A stretch of DNA of 64,000 nt from Turneriella sp. (GTDB taxonomy: Bacteria; Spirochaetota; Leptospiria; Turneriellales; Turneriellaceae): the NCBI GenBank assembly GCA_965279515.1, contig CBDIID010000003.1, positions 256,001 to 320,000 of the forward strand, given 5' to 3'. The position numbers and the translations under genes are program-made. Position 1 is the stretch's first letter; each line of letters opens with the position of its first letter. The notes below the pieces were generated by a model. It was not told where the DNA came from and did not search any database. It saw only the letters and a list, made by a program, of their open reading frames with translations. Positions 1 through 8,864 of the stretch are shown here, piece after piece.

Positions 1-1314
1 TTTAAATACACTTGGGTTAAACTGGGGCTGACTCCCGACGATTTTATCCGCACGACCGAGCCGCGGCATAAAGAGGTCGTGCAAAAAATTCTGCAAAAGA
101 TCTATGATGCGGGCGATATCTATGCCGGTGAATACTCGGGTAAGTACTGTTTCGGTTGCGAGCGCTATCTCACCGATAAAGAGCTGAACGATAAGGGGGA
201 GTGCGAGATCCACCTCACGGTCCCGCAGTTAATTTCAGAGAAGAATTACTTTTTCCGCATGCAGAAGTATCTGCCAATCTGGAAGGACCAACTTCTGAAA
301 AACCGCTCTTTGGTTGAACCGCAAGGCTATTGTAATGAAGTCATAGGCACTATAGATGAACTTATCAAGAACGGTGAGGATTTATCCATCTCACGGCCGA
401 AGACGCGTCTGGAGTGGGGCATCGAGATTCCATTCGACAAAGATTATGTCACCTATGTCTGGTTCGATGCGCTCATTAACTACGTCACTGCCATTAATTA
501 TGGTAATCCCACCTTTGATGACTGGTGGGCAGTGTCGCACCATATGATCGCAAAGGATATCTTGAAGCCGCACGGCGTCTACTGGCCAACGATGCTGATC
601 GCGATGGGCCTGCCGGTTTATAAGCGCCTCTCGGTGCACGGTTACTGGCTGGGTTTTGCGGACCAGAAGATGTCAAAGAGTTTGGGTAATGCCAAAGACC
701 CGGTCGAGCTCGCGGGCAAAATCGGCAACGATGCGCTGCGCTTTTTCCTCATGCGCGAGATGAATTTCGGCTCAGACGCGCGCTTCTCGGAAGAGATTAT
801 GGTGAACCGCCTCAACGCCAATCTGGCGAACGACCTGGGCAACCTCGTGCAGCGGACGCTGTCGATGCTCAAAAAGTATGACTGCGGCCCGAACCCCGAA
901 TCGTCCGCGCATGCGAGTGCGGCGGGCATCGACGCTTCGCTCAAGACCATGTCTGCAGATTATGTGAAATATTTCGAAAATTTCGAATTCCACAACGCCA
1001 TCGAAGCGGTATTTCTCGTCATCCGCAGCCTCAACAAGGTGGTTGACGATTATAAGCCGTGGTCACTGGCGAAAGAGAATATGGCGGATTGCTCCACGTT
1101 GCTGAATACGCTGTTCCGGGCAATTGCGGCTGTACTGATTTATCTGAAGCCGGTTTTGCCTGAAAAGACGGCGGAGCTGTTGCCTATTATTGGGGTGACG
1201 TCAAAAAAAGCATTCCCCGACACATTGTCTGACATCGAATTTAAAACCCAGAAACTGGATACCTGGCCGATGCTTTTCCAGCGTATGGACCTCACCCCCA
1301 ACCCCTCTCCATGA
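1..1314 (+). CDS. metG: Methionyl-tRNA ligase, 5'-truncated by the window edge
   Basis: Frame is open from base 1 (DFIRTT). Contains the Zn-knuckle CFGCE, LSISR, YVWFDALINY, KDILKPHG, KMSKS and the anticodon-domain NDLGNL. Confidence 0.97.
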   Translation, partial: FKYTWVKLGLTPDDFIRTTEPRHKEVVQKILQKIYDAGDIYAGEYSGKYCFGCERYLTDKELNDKGECEIHLTVPQLISEKNYFFRMQKYLPIWKDQLLKNRSLVEPQGYCNEVIGTIDELIKNGEDLSISRPKTRLEWGIEIPFDKDYVTYVWFDALINYVTAINYGNPTFDDWWAVSHHMIAKDILKPHGVYWPTMLIAMGLPVYKRLSVHGYWLGFADQKMSKSLGNAKDPVELAGKIGNDALRFFLMREMNFGSDARFSEEIMVNRLNANLANDLGNLVQRTLSMLKKYDCGPNPESSAHASAAGIDASLKTMSADYVKYFENFEFHNAIEAVFLVIRSLNKVVDDYKPWSLAKENMADCSTLLNTLFRAIAAVLIYLKPVLPEKTAELLPIIGVTSKKAFPDTLSDIEFKTQKLDTWPMLFQRMDLTPNPSP

Positions 1315-1409
1315 TATGGAGAGGGGAGCAAAGTCGATTCATCCGAAAGCCAATTGAATACTCTTTCTCCCCCTCTCCACAAGGTGGAGAGGGGGCCGGG
1401 GGGTGAGGT
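1289..1409. repeat. REP/MITE-like nested inverted-repeat element
   Basis: Terminal inverted repeats ACCTCACCCC...GGGGTGAGGT with two internal CCCCTCTCC-N-GGAGAGGGG hairpins, lying between convergent metG and bfr. Confidence 0.8.
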
Positions 1410-1885
1410 TACCCCGCTGCAGGGGACTGCAGTTGCACATAATTCTGTAGCCCCATCTTCTCAATCAGCCCCAACTGCGTTTCGAGGAAGTCGATGTGCT
1501 CTTCTTCAGACGCCAGAATCTCGGCAAATAGAGTGCGCGTCACATAGTCGTTCACGGTTTCGCAGTACGAGACTGAGGATTTCAGCGTCGGCAAGACGTC
1601 GAGTTCGAGCGCCAGATCCGCCTTGATGATCTCTTCGACATTTTCACCGATTCTGAGTTTACCCAGGTCCTGGAGGTTCGGTAAACCTTCGAGAAACAGG
1701 ATACGCTCGATGACGCGGTCTGCGTGCTTCATCTCATCGATCGACTCTTTGTGTTCATGCGAAGCCAGTTTGTCCATGCCCCAGTTTTTGAGGATTTTTG
1801 CGTGCAGGAAATACTGGTTAATCGCTGTGAGTTCATTCTTCAGGTGGTTGTTGAGAAGTTCTATGACTTTTTTGTCGCCTTTCAT
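1409..1885 (-). CDS. bfr: Bacterioferritin
   Basis: MKGD start, [17 protein letters not shown] and EEEHIDFLE ferroxidase motifs; 158 aa. Confidence 0.97.
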   Translation of the reverse strand: MKGDKKVIELLNNHLKNELTAINQYFLHAKILKNWGMDKLASHEHKESIDEMKHADRVIERILFLEGLPNLQDLGKLRIGENVEEIIKADLALELDVLPTLKSSVSYCETVNDYVTRTLFAEILASEEEHIDFLETQLGLIEKMGLQNYVQLQSPAAG

Positions 1886-2026
1886 GGTTGCAATGTAGTA
1901 ACGACGGGCAGGGTGGCGAGAAAAAAGCGGTGAAACGGCAGGCCTTGAAAATGAGAATGGCCTTCATTTGATCCTGTGGACAAAATTTCTTGACTCGTCC
2001 TCTGTCATTTTGTCACGCTGCCCCCT

Positions 2027-4096
2027 ATGTCTAAAGATAGCAAAGAATCGGCGCTCGAAGGCGGCACGTACGCGCCGTGGCAACGTGAGTTCTTCAAGAA
2101 CATCGACATCTTCATGAAGGCGGGCCTGAAAGAAGAAAAGGCCAAAGAACTGCTGATTAACTATCTGAAACTTTCGTCTGAGACGCCGATCCCGCGTGTT
2201 ATGGAAACATTCAAGGACGAAACCAAGCTTGAAGAAGTGGGCGTCTTCACAAAGCGCGACGACAAACTGCGCGATTTTATGATCGAATTTCTGACGCCCA
2301 TGCTGAAGAAATTCCACATCGAAGGCGAAGAAAACCTCAATGAAATACTGCCGCTCCTGGGTAAATATCCCGTGACGCTGATCTCAAACCATCTCAGCCA
2401 CTTTGATACTGCCGCAATTTACGGCCTTCTTTACAATCATAGCAAAGAAGCGCGCAAACTCGCCGATTCGATGGTTTTCATCGCCGGCCGCCTGGTGTTT
2501 TTGGCAGACTTTACCCGCCTGGGTCTCTATACCATTGAGAGCCTCTTGGTCTGCTCGAAGCGCGATATGACGGATAACCCCGGCATGGCCGACATGATGA
2601 CGCGCATCAACATGCGCTCTTTCCGCCAGGCCGCCGATCTGCAGAAGCAGGGCAAAGTCATCTGTATTTTTCCCGAGGGCACACGCTCGCGTACAGGCCG
2701 CCTCATTACGTTTGTCGATACGGTCTACCACTATGTCATGAATAAGGTCATTGTTCCGATCTCTTTAGTCGGTACTGACAAGATTTTACCTGCCGAAAGC
2801 TTCCTCTTCCAACAGGCGACGGGAAAACTCGTCATTGGCAAGCCCATACTCGTGGGCAAGTTGCACGGTGAAGCCGGCAAAACCTTCCCCGAATCTGTCC
2901 AGCGTCTCGAAATCCCCGAGGTGGAAAATAAAAAGCAGTTTGTCATCGATTCGCTTGCGCTGCTCATCGGTCAAAATCTCGACCGGCACATGCACGGCAC
3001 TTACCGCAACCTCTATCTCGACGACGGTAAAACCAAGAAGAAGAACATCCTCATCCGTGCGGCCTCGACCACGCAGGCTGAAATCGGCATCATTGGCCAT
3101 AGCCCGGGTGCTACAGCAATGGCTGCGGTACTTGCCAATAAACAGGTCAATATCCGCATCTATATCCCGAGCGCAGATAAGGCCAAGGCATTTAACGAGG
3201 TCAATACTGATCTCGGGAATTTTCCCCTCTTTAAGTTGCCTCCCAATATTGCATTTACTTCAGACCCGAAAGATCTCTCCAAATGCAGTGTCTACATCCA
3301 GGGAGTGCGACCGTGGGAACTCGAGCAGTACTATGAGAAGATTACGCCAATTCTGAACGAGAGTTATGCGACAATCATCGGGATTGTGAAGGGGTTTACG
3401 GGCTCGAAATACGGTATCATTTTCGACGATCTCGAAAAGATCTTTAAGATTAACCCGGCGCGCTTTGCCGTCATGTCCGGGGCCAATTACCCCGAGCAGA
3501 TTTTGGAGCGCAAACCCGGCGGTTTTGAACTCGCGGCGGTGAATACCTCGCTCATCAACGATCTCATCGACTTCTTTACTACGGGCTATATCTTTACGCG
3601 CCCGGCAGTGAATCCCTACGATGTGCGTGGTCTACAGCTGGGCGGCGCCCTGAAGAACATCTATGCTTTGGGCGTGGGCCTTGTCGACGGTTACTATGAG
3701 AAGAACCTGGGTGGCAATAACGACTCGACGCTATTCCATTTGGCACACCGGATTTCCGCTGAAATGGCGAATATGGTCGTCGAGATGGGCGGGCGTAAAT
3801 CGACGCTGGCGGGGGTTGCCGGTATCACGGACCTGATGCTCAGCTGCTTTGGCCAGGACAGCCATGACCGCCAGTACGGGCATGACTTTGTGTTCGAGAC
3901 GCACGATAAGACGAAGATGCTCTCCGGTGTCTATGGCGTGAAGGCGCTGCCGAAGCTCGTCAAGCTGCGCGATGAAAAGTTCCCGATAGCCAAGGCCATC
4001 CACGATGTTATAGAAGAAGGCAAGAATCTCGACGACGCCATCGAGCGTATTGCCGAGACCTTTGCCATGTCGCGTTCGGTACAGTTCCGGGATTGA
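2027..4096 (+). CDS. Fusion of a PlsC-type acyltransferase and an NAD(P)-dependent glycerol-3-phosphate dehydrogenase (GpsA-like)
   Basis: NHLSHFD (HX4D) and FPEGTRS acyltransferase motifs; the C-terminal half has SGANY, GGALKNIYA and GITDLMLSC GpsA-like motifs. Confidence 0.88.
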   Translation: MSKDSKESALEGGTYAPWQREFFKNIDIFMKAGLKEEKAKELLINYLKLSSETPIPRVMETFKDETKLEEVGVFTKRDDKLRDFMIEFLTPMLKKFHIEGEENLNEILPLLGKYPVTLISNHLSHFDTAAIYGLLYNHSKEARKLADSMVFIAGRLVFLADFTRLGLYTIESLLVCSKRDMTDNPGMADMMTRINMRSFRQAADLQKQGKVICIFPEGTRSRTGRLITFVDTVYHYVMNKVIVPISLVGTDKILPAESFLFQQATGKLVIGKPILVGKLHGEAGKTFPESVQRLEIPEVENKKQFVIDSLALLIGQNLDRHMHGTYRNLYLDDGKTKKKNILIRAASTTQAEIGIIGHSPGATAMAAVLANKQVNIRIYIPSADKAKAFNEVNTDLGNFPLFKLPPNIAFTSDPKDLSKCSVYIQGVRPWELEQYYEKITPILNESYATIIGIVKGFTGSKYGIIFDDLEKIFKINPARFAVMSGANYPEQILERKPGGFELAAVNTSLINDLIDFFTTGYIFTRPAVNPYDVRGLQLGGALKNIYALGVGLVDGYYEKNLGGNNDSTLFHLAHRISAEMANMVVEMGGRKSTLAGVAGITDLMLSCFGQDSHDRQYGHDFVFETHDKTKMLSGVYGVKALPKLVKLRDEKFPIAKAIHDVIEEGKNLDDAIERIAETFAMSRSVQFRD

Positions 4097-4252
4097 TTTT
4101 GTGCGCACCCGGCTTTGCGGGCTGGTCCGCGTGCCTGGCGCAAAATCAAGCCCCGCGAGAAGAGCAGGCTTTGGCTCGCTTCCTGCGCAATTAATTTAAC
4201 AAAGCGGATTTAATTGCTTAAACAAACGACATAACTCCACGATAATATATCC

Positions 4253-4936
4253 GTGGAGTATGTAGCGTTCTTATTCCTGGGTTTAGGGGTACTGCTTGTG
4301 CTTGCCGGAGTTTTGCTCCAGGTAAGGGAAAAACAGGCCGGTGCGGCCAATACTTTTGAAGATTATTTAACCAAAACCGGCTCCAGTGCGATCAAAGTCG
4401 AGCCGTTCAAGAGCATTGCGGCTGCTCCGGTATCCATGCCGCAATTGGCGACAACACCTGTGGCCGCACCTGTAGAACATTCTACTCCGGCAGCGATGGG
4501 CCACGCCGTACCAGGGCCATTCCAGTTTGTACAGGACGAACCGCCGCCGCCACCACCGCCGCCGGTTCAACCTGCGGTAGCCGTAAAGGTACAACAGAGC
4601 AATCCGCGGCTCTTCGAGAAATTCGCCTACCTCTACCTGGATTCCAGCCAGCGCAATGTCTATGACGGTGCCGGCTCGGCCGTGGCTTTTGACCTGTCTG
4701 AAGTCAGTGGCATACGGCGCTTCGGTCGTGGTGTCTTCGCCTATGACGGTTTTAGTTTTTATTTCGACCATACCAGCGGGCAGGAGCGTTTTCCGCTCAA
4801 CAATTTGAAGACCGTCGGGTTTTACCCGAACTGCGTTGCATTGACTTTCCGTACCAGCCAGCCAGTTGCTTTACTGTTCATGGAAGAAACAGAGAGCATC
4901 CGCAAAGTGCTGGAAACATTCCGCACCCCAGGCTGA
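4253..4936 (+). CDS. Hypothetical membrane-anchored protein with a Pro-rich linker
   Basis: N-terminal TM helix, poly-Pro tract, globular C-terminus; GTG start. Confidence 0.7.
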   Translation: MEYVAFLFLGLGVLLVLAGVLLQVREKQAGAANTFEDYLTKTGSSAIKVEPFKSIAAAPVSMPQLATTPVAAPVEHSTPAAMGHAVPGPFQFVQDEPPPPPPPPVQPAVAVKVQQSNPRLFEKFAYLYLDSSQRNVYDGAGSAVAFDLSEVSGIRRFGRGVFAYDGFSFYFDHTSGQERFPLNNLKTVGFYPNCVALTFRTSQPVALLFMEETESIRKVLETFRTPG

Positions 4937-4945
4937 TGCGCACGA

Positions 4946-6001
4946 ATGCGAGCATATGATTTTGGCACTCACAACAAAACCGTAAAGCGCGATAAAAGCC
5001 GTTACTTCAGCTATACCTTTATCTTTCTGCTGGTCGTCGCTTTCGCGGCGTTTATTTATTATGTGGTTCTGAATTCGCCGCGTATCCTGTTTTATTTCCG
5101 CGAAAATAAGTATTCCGAGATTGAGAAGCAGCATGCCAGGGCGCTGAATGCCATACAGAACCTGCCATCCTCACAGGATGCAAACCCGCTAAACGGGCAG
5201 GCCAGTGCGCTACAGTTACCCGAGGTTTCAGAGTTTTTCGATCTCGCGCATGCCCTACAAAAAGACCACCGCGAAGATGCGATATTGCATTTCCATGAGG
5301 CCACAGTTCTGGCCGAAGCCGTGCGTAAACAGGCCGGCGAGCGGCAGCAGGCACTGATCTTTCTCATGTTCAGGGATTTTATCGGCCGGCCGGTTTTTCC
5401 GGTTGAGTTCGATCATGAGCTCTGGCAGCGGGCTATCCTGACCGGGCGGCGCGCGCGCGCCTTGGGATTACCCGATGTGCTGGCGCAAAAACTTTCTGAG
5501 GCAGAGATCGATGCCTACCTGATCGGTGGCCGGCCGTGGTGGGAGAGCGCCTATGATATGGTGCCTACGGGTTCAGCTGCGAAAAAGCTGCCGGCCTGGC
5601 ACCTGATGCAGGCAGGGCTCACGCGTGAGACGCCCGATTTTGAACTCATTAAAACAGCCTATGGCCCGACACTCGCCGGTTTTGCAAAGGGGATCTATTA
5701 TACGCGCTCGGGTAATTCTCCACTGGGGATTTCCAACTTCCGTGACCTGGCAAAGAACCAGGCGGATGCCTATGCGCGCGACCATGCGCTCTATATCCTG
5801 GGCTATCTCAGCGGCAAAGACAAGCGCACTAAAGACCAGCTTTCGTACTATAAACAAATCCGCTTTCCGGAATTCGCGCCGCAGAATCCGTATTTTGTCG
5901 GCGAATACCATTACCTGCTGCGCTTTTTAGGCCAGAAGTCAGAAGCCGACCAGCTGATGCGCGCCTGGGAAGAAATGAAAGGCGAAAAGCCGGATAAATA
6001 A
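4946..6001 (+). CDS. Hypothetical membrane-anchored helical (TPR-like) protein
   Basis: Long ORF in operon context, N-terminal TM segment, alpha-helical repeat character. Confidence 0.7.
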   Translation: MRAYDFGTHNKTVKRDKSRYFSYTFIFLLVVAFAAFIYYVVLNSPRILFYFRENKYSEIEKQHARALNAIQNLPSSQDANPLNGQASALQLPEVSEFFDLAHALQKDHREDAILHFHEATVLAEAVRKQAGERQQALIFLMFRDFIGRPVFPVEFDHELWQRAILTGRRARALGLPDVLAQKLSEAEIDAYLIGGRPWWESAYDMVPTGSAAKKLPAWHLMQAGLTRETPDFELIKTAYGPTLAGFAKGIYYTRSGNSPLGISNFRDLAKNQADAYARDHALYILGYLSGKDKRTKDQLSYYKQIRFPEFAPQNPYFVGEYHYLLRFLGQKSEADQLMRAWEEMKGEKPDK

Positions 6002-6203
6002 AGGCAGCGCGGCAGGTCGCAAAACAGAAATTTCTGCCTAAAGTTGCGCATTTTCCTGCGAAAAATGCTCCATGAACAGGCCTACCGGCCACCTTTCGCC
6101 AGAAATTTCTGTTTTGCCCACGAGAGACTCCACCCATCAGCGACCTGCCGCGCCGCCCTGTTAGAATGAGTTGACCCGTGCCGGGCCTCATTTCAACTAA
6201 CAC

Positions 6204-6938
6204 ATGGATATTCTCGCGAATCCTTACCTCAATGTGATTTTTAACGCGCTCATCAGTGGCGGCGCTTTTTTAAGTTTTGTGCTGGCGATCAGCACATTGG
6301 CCTTAAAATATCCGCGCCGCTCGGCATCGTACCTGACGCTGCTATGTTTTGTGATCGGAGTTACCCAGCTCTATGCCTGGCTTAACCTCAATACGATCTT
6401 CTTTTCGCCGCAGTGGGTGAATTATGTGTTTGTCGGCATTAATTTTTTCATCGGGCCGGGTGTGTATTATTTCTACAAGGCGACTGGGGATGAAAATTTT
6501 AATCCGACGCGTAAGGTGCAGTGGACTTTTGCGCCCGGTATCGCGGCAACGCTGCTGATTCCGCTGATTAACCTCATCGCGCCGCAGGCCATGCCGACGG
6601 ATCCCCGCCAGTTCTTTTATACCGGCAAACCCAGCTTCATCGATATCATCTTTACAATAGCTATGCTGCACAATGCGGGCTATTATGTGAAACTGTTCCT
6701 GGTCACGCGGCCTGTCATCAAGGCCAACCCTGAAATGCAGAAGAACGGCGGATTGACCGCGTTTCTGTTATTCTTCGGCATTATCACGTTCATTAACCTC
6801 TACGGTATTTTTGCCTATGTTTCGCGGGATATCCGCCATTTCTATGCCGATTCCTGCATCATCAGCCTTCTGATTGTCTCATTCCTGATTTTTGCATTGC
6901 GCTACCCGAATTATTTTCTGAAGATCAGGCCCGAATAG
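6204..6938 (+). CDS. Multi-pass membrane protein resembling the sensor domain of membrane-bound AraC regulators
   Basis: About 7 hydrophobic segments; the FFIGPGVYYF and HNAGYY patterns parallel YLLGPLVFLL and VNMIYF in ORF 49656-50744. Confidence 0.7.
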   Translation: MDILANPYLNVIFNALISGGAFLSFVLAISTLALKYPRRSASYLTLLCFVIGVTQLYAWLNLNTIFFSPQWVNYVFVGINFFIGPGVYYFYKATGDENFNPTRKVQWTFAPGIAATLLIPLINLIAPQAMPTDPRQFFYTGKPSFIDIIFTIAMLHNAGYYVKLFLVTRPVIKANPEMQKNGGLTAFLLFFGIITFINLYGIFAYVSRDIRHFYADSCIISLLIVSFLIFALRYPNYFLKIRPE

Positions 6939-7595
6939 GTGCGGCCGGCGCTTGTCATCTTCGACTGCGACGGCGTGCTCGTCGATACCGAAGAGATCTA
7001 TTTTAACATGAACCGCGCCTTTATTCGAGAGCGCGGTGGCGATTTCGACCTGAAGTATTATGAACGTTTTATCGGCTTATCTTCGGATCTCATGTGGAGT
7101 GAGCTAAAAGAAAAATTCACTCTTCCTGAATCCGTGGAAGGCCTCATTGCCCTGGAAAAAGAGCACAAATCCCGCGCCCTGGCAGACGCTGCGCTGACTC
7201 CGATTGCCGGTGTACTCGCATTTATCGACGCTTTAGACCTTGCCGGAATTTCCTTCAACGTCGCTTCATCGGGCCGCCGTGACAATGTACATACGATCCT
7301 GGAAAAGATCGGGCTCAAGTCACGGTTTAATGCAATCGTCACGGGAGAAGATATTGTCAGGGGAAAACCCGCGCCTGATATCTTTCTGAAAGCGGCGGCG
7401 CTCTCTGGTGTGGATGCCGAAGAGGCGATCGTGATCGAAGACAGCAAAAACGGCACGTTAGGCGCGAAAGCCGCGGGCATGCGCTGCGTCGGTTATATCA
7501 ATCCGCAGTCAGGCGAGCAGGATCTCTCGCGTGCGGATATCCGCATTTCATCGTTCAAAGACACCGCCCTGCGCGAGTTTTGCGGGCTCAAATGA
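6939..7595 (+). CDS. HAD-family phosphatase (beta-PGM-like)
   Basis: FDCDGVLVDT, ASS, GKPAPDIF and IEDSKNG motifs. Confidence 0.93.
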   Translation: MRPALVIFDCDGVLVDTEEIYFNMNRAFIRERGGDFDLKYYERFIGLSSDLMWSELKEKFTLPESVEGLIALEKEHKSRALADAALTPIAGVLAFIDALDLAGISFNVASSGRRDNVHTILEKIGLKSRFNAIVTGEDIVRGKPAPDIFLKAAALSGVDAEEAIVIEDSKNGTLGAKAAGMRCVGYINPQSGEQDLSRADIRISSFKDTALREFCGLK

Positions 7596-8803
7596 CGGAG
7601 AAGCGCAGCCTCTTCGAAAGATACCGGAGCATCGGCGTTCGCGCTGATATGCCGGAGTATGAGAAGCGTTCGTATTACATATTTAATACACTGCTATTGG
7701 TCGTGCTGGCGATAACGCTGATCTACGCGTTTGTGCCGTATTTTCTGCTGCATATACAACATGTTTTGCAGAATCATATCATCAACTCAGCGCTTTTTGT
7801 CGGATACCTGTTTTGTATATTTCTTGCTAAATGGGACAAACCCCTTGCAGCCCGCCTGTTTTTTACGACACTTGTGCAGGGGCACATTTTCATTTTTACT
7901 CTGCTCATCGGCTGGGATATTGGGAACTACCTCTTCTATCTCGCTCTGCCTGCGATCCCCTTTGTGCTTTTCCATAACAGCCGGTTTGGGGTTGCCTATG
8001 CCTTCATCACGGGCCTTATCGGTTTTTCTGCGAGCTATTATATCAAAAAGACCGGTTTTCACCTGATTCGTGTTGCTCCCGAACTCTATGACGGTCTTTT
8101 TTTGATCGCATTTGTTTCGACTTTTACAGTTATTTTTATGGTGGTGAAGCTATTCTTCAAACTCTCGCGGCATTCTGAAGAACGCCTGAACCTGGAGAAA
8201 CGCCGCTCGGAGCGCCTGCTGCTCAATATCTTGCCTCAGGATATCGCCGCCCGACTGCAAAAGGGCGAAAGTACAATCGCCGATCACTACGATCCGGTGA
8301 TTGTATTGTTCGCCGACATTGTCGGTTTCACAGAAATTTCAGCGCGCACCCCGCCCGGTGAAGTCGTTCGCAAGCTCAACGAGGTTTTTTCACTGATTGA
8401 TATTCTCGTTGAAAAATATGATCTCGAAAAGATCAAAACCATCGGCGATGCCTACATGGTTGTTGCGGGAATCCCCAAGGCGCGGCCCGACGATGTGGAC
8501 CGTATCGTGCATTTCGCCAAACAGATTCTCGAAATGGTGCACACTTCGAATGCGCTGCAGCTGAGAATCGGCATTGATATCGGCGAGGTCACCGCGGGCG
8601 TCATCGGCACCAAAAAATTTATTTTCGATCTTTGGGGCGATACCGTCAACACAGCCAGCCGCATGGAAAGCCACGGTGAACCGGGCAAAATTCATGTCAC
8701 GGAACGCGTCGCTGCAAAACTCGGCCCGGATTTCAAAAAGATCGAACGCGGCAAAATGCTCGTCAAAGGTAAGGGCGAGATGAGTACATATTTCGTCGAA
8801 TAA
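7592..8803 (+). CDS. Membrane-bound class III adenylate/guanylate cyclase
   Basis: About 6 TM helices, LLLNILP, LFADIVGFT, KIKTIGDAYM, FDLWGDTVNTASRMES. Confidence 0.95.
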   Translation: MTEKRSLFERYRSIGVRADMPEYEKRSYYIFNTLLLVVLAITLIYAFVPYFLLHIQHVLQNHIINSALFVGYLFCIFLAKWDKPLAARLFFTTLVQGHIFIFTLLIGWDIGNYLFYLALPAIPFVLFHNSRFGVAYAFITGLIGFSASYYIKKTGFHLIRVAPELYDGLFLIAFVSTFTVIFMVVKLFFKLSRHSEERLNLEKRRSERLLLNILPQDIAARLQKGESTIADHYDPVIVLFADIVGFTEISARTPPGEVVRKLNEVFSLIDILVEKYDLEKIKTIGDAYMVVAGIPKARPDDVDRIVHFAKQILEMVHTSNALQLRIGIDIGEVTAGVIGTKKFIFDLWGDTVNTASRMESHGEPGKIHVTERVAAKLGPDFKKIERGKMLVKGKGEMSTYFVE

Positions 8804-8864
8804 AGTCCCTTTGGAATTTCATCGAACAGTCAGTTTTTTCCCGCGGATACAGTGCGGGCCGCAT

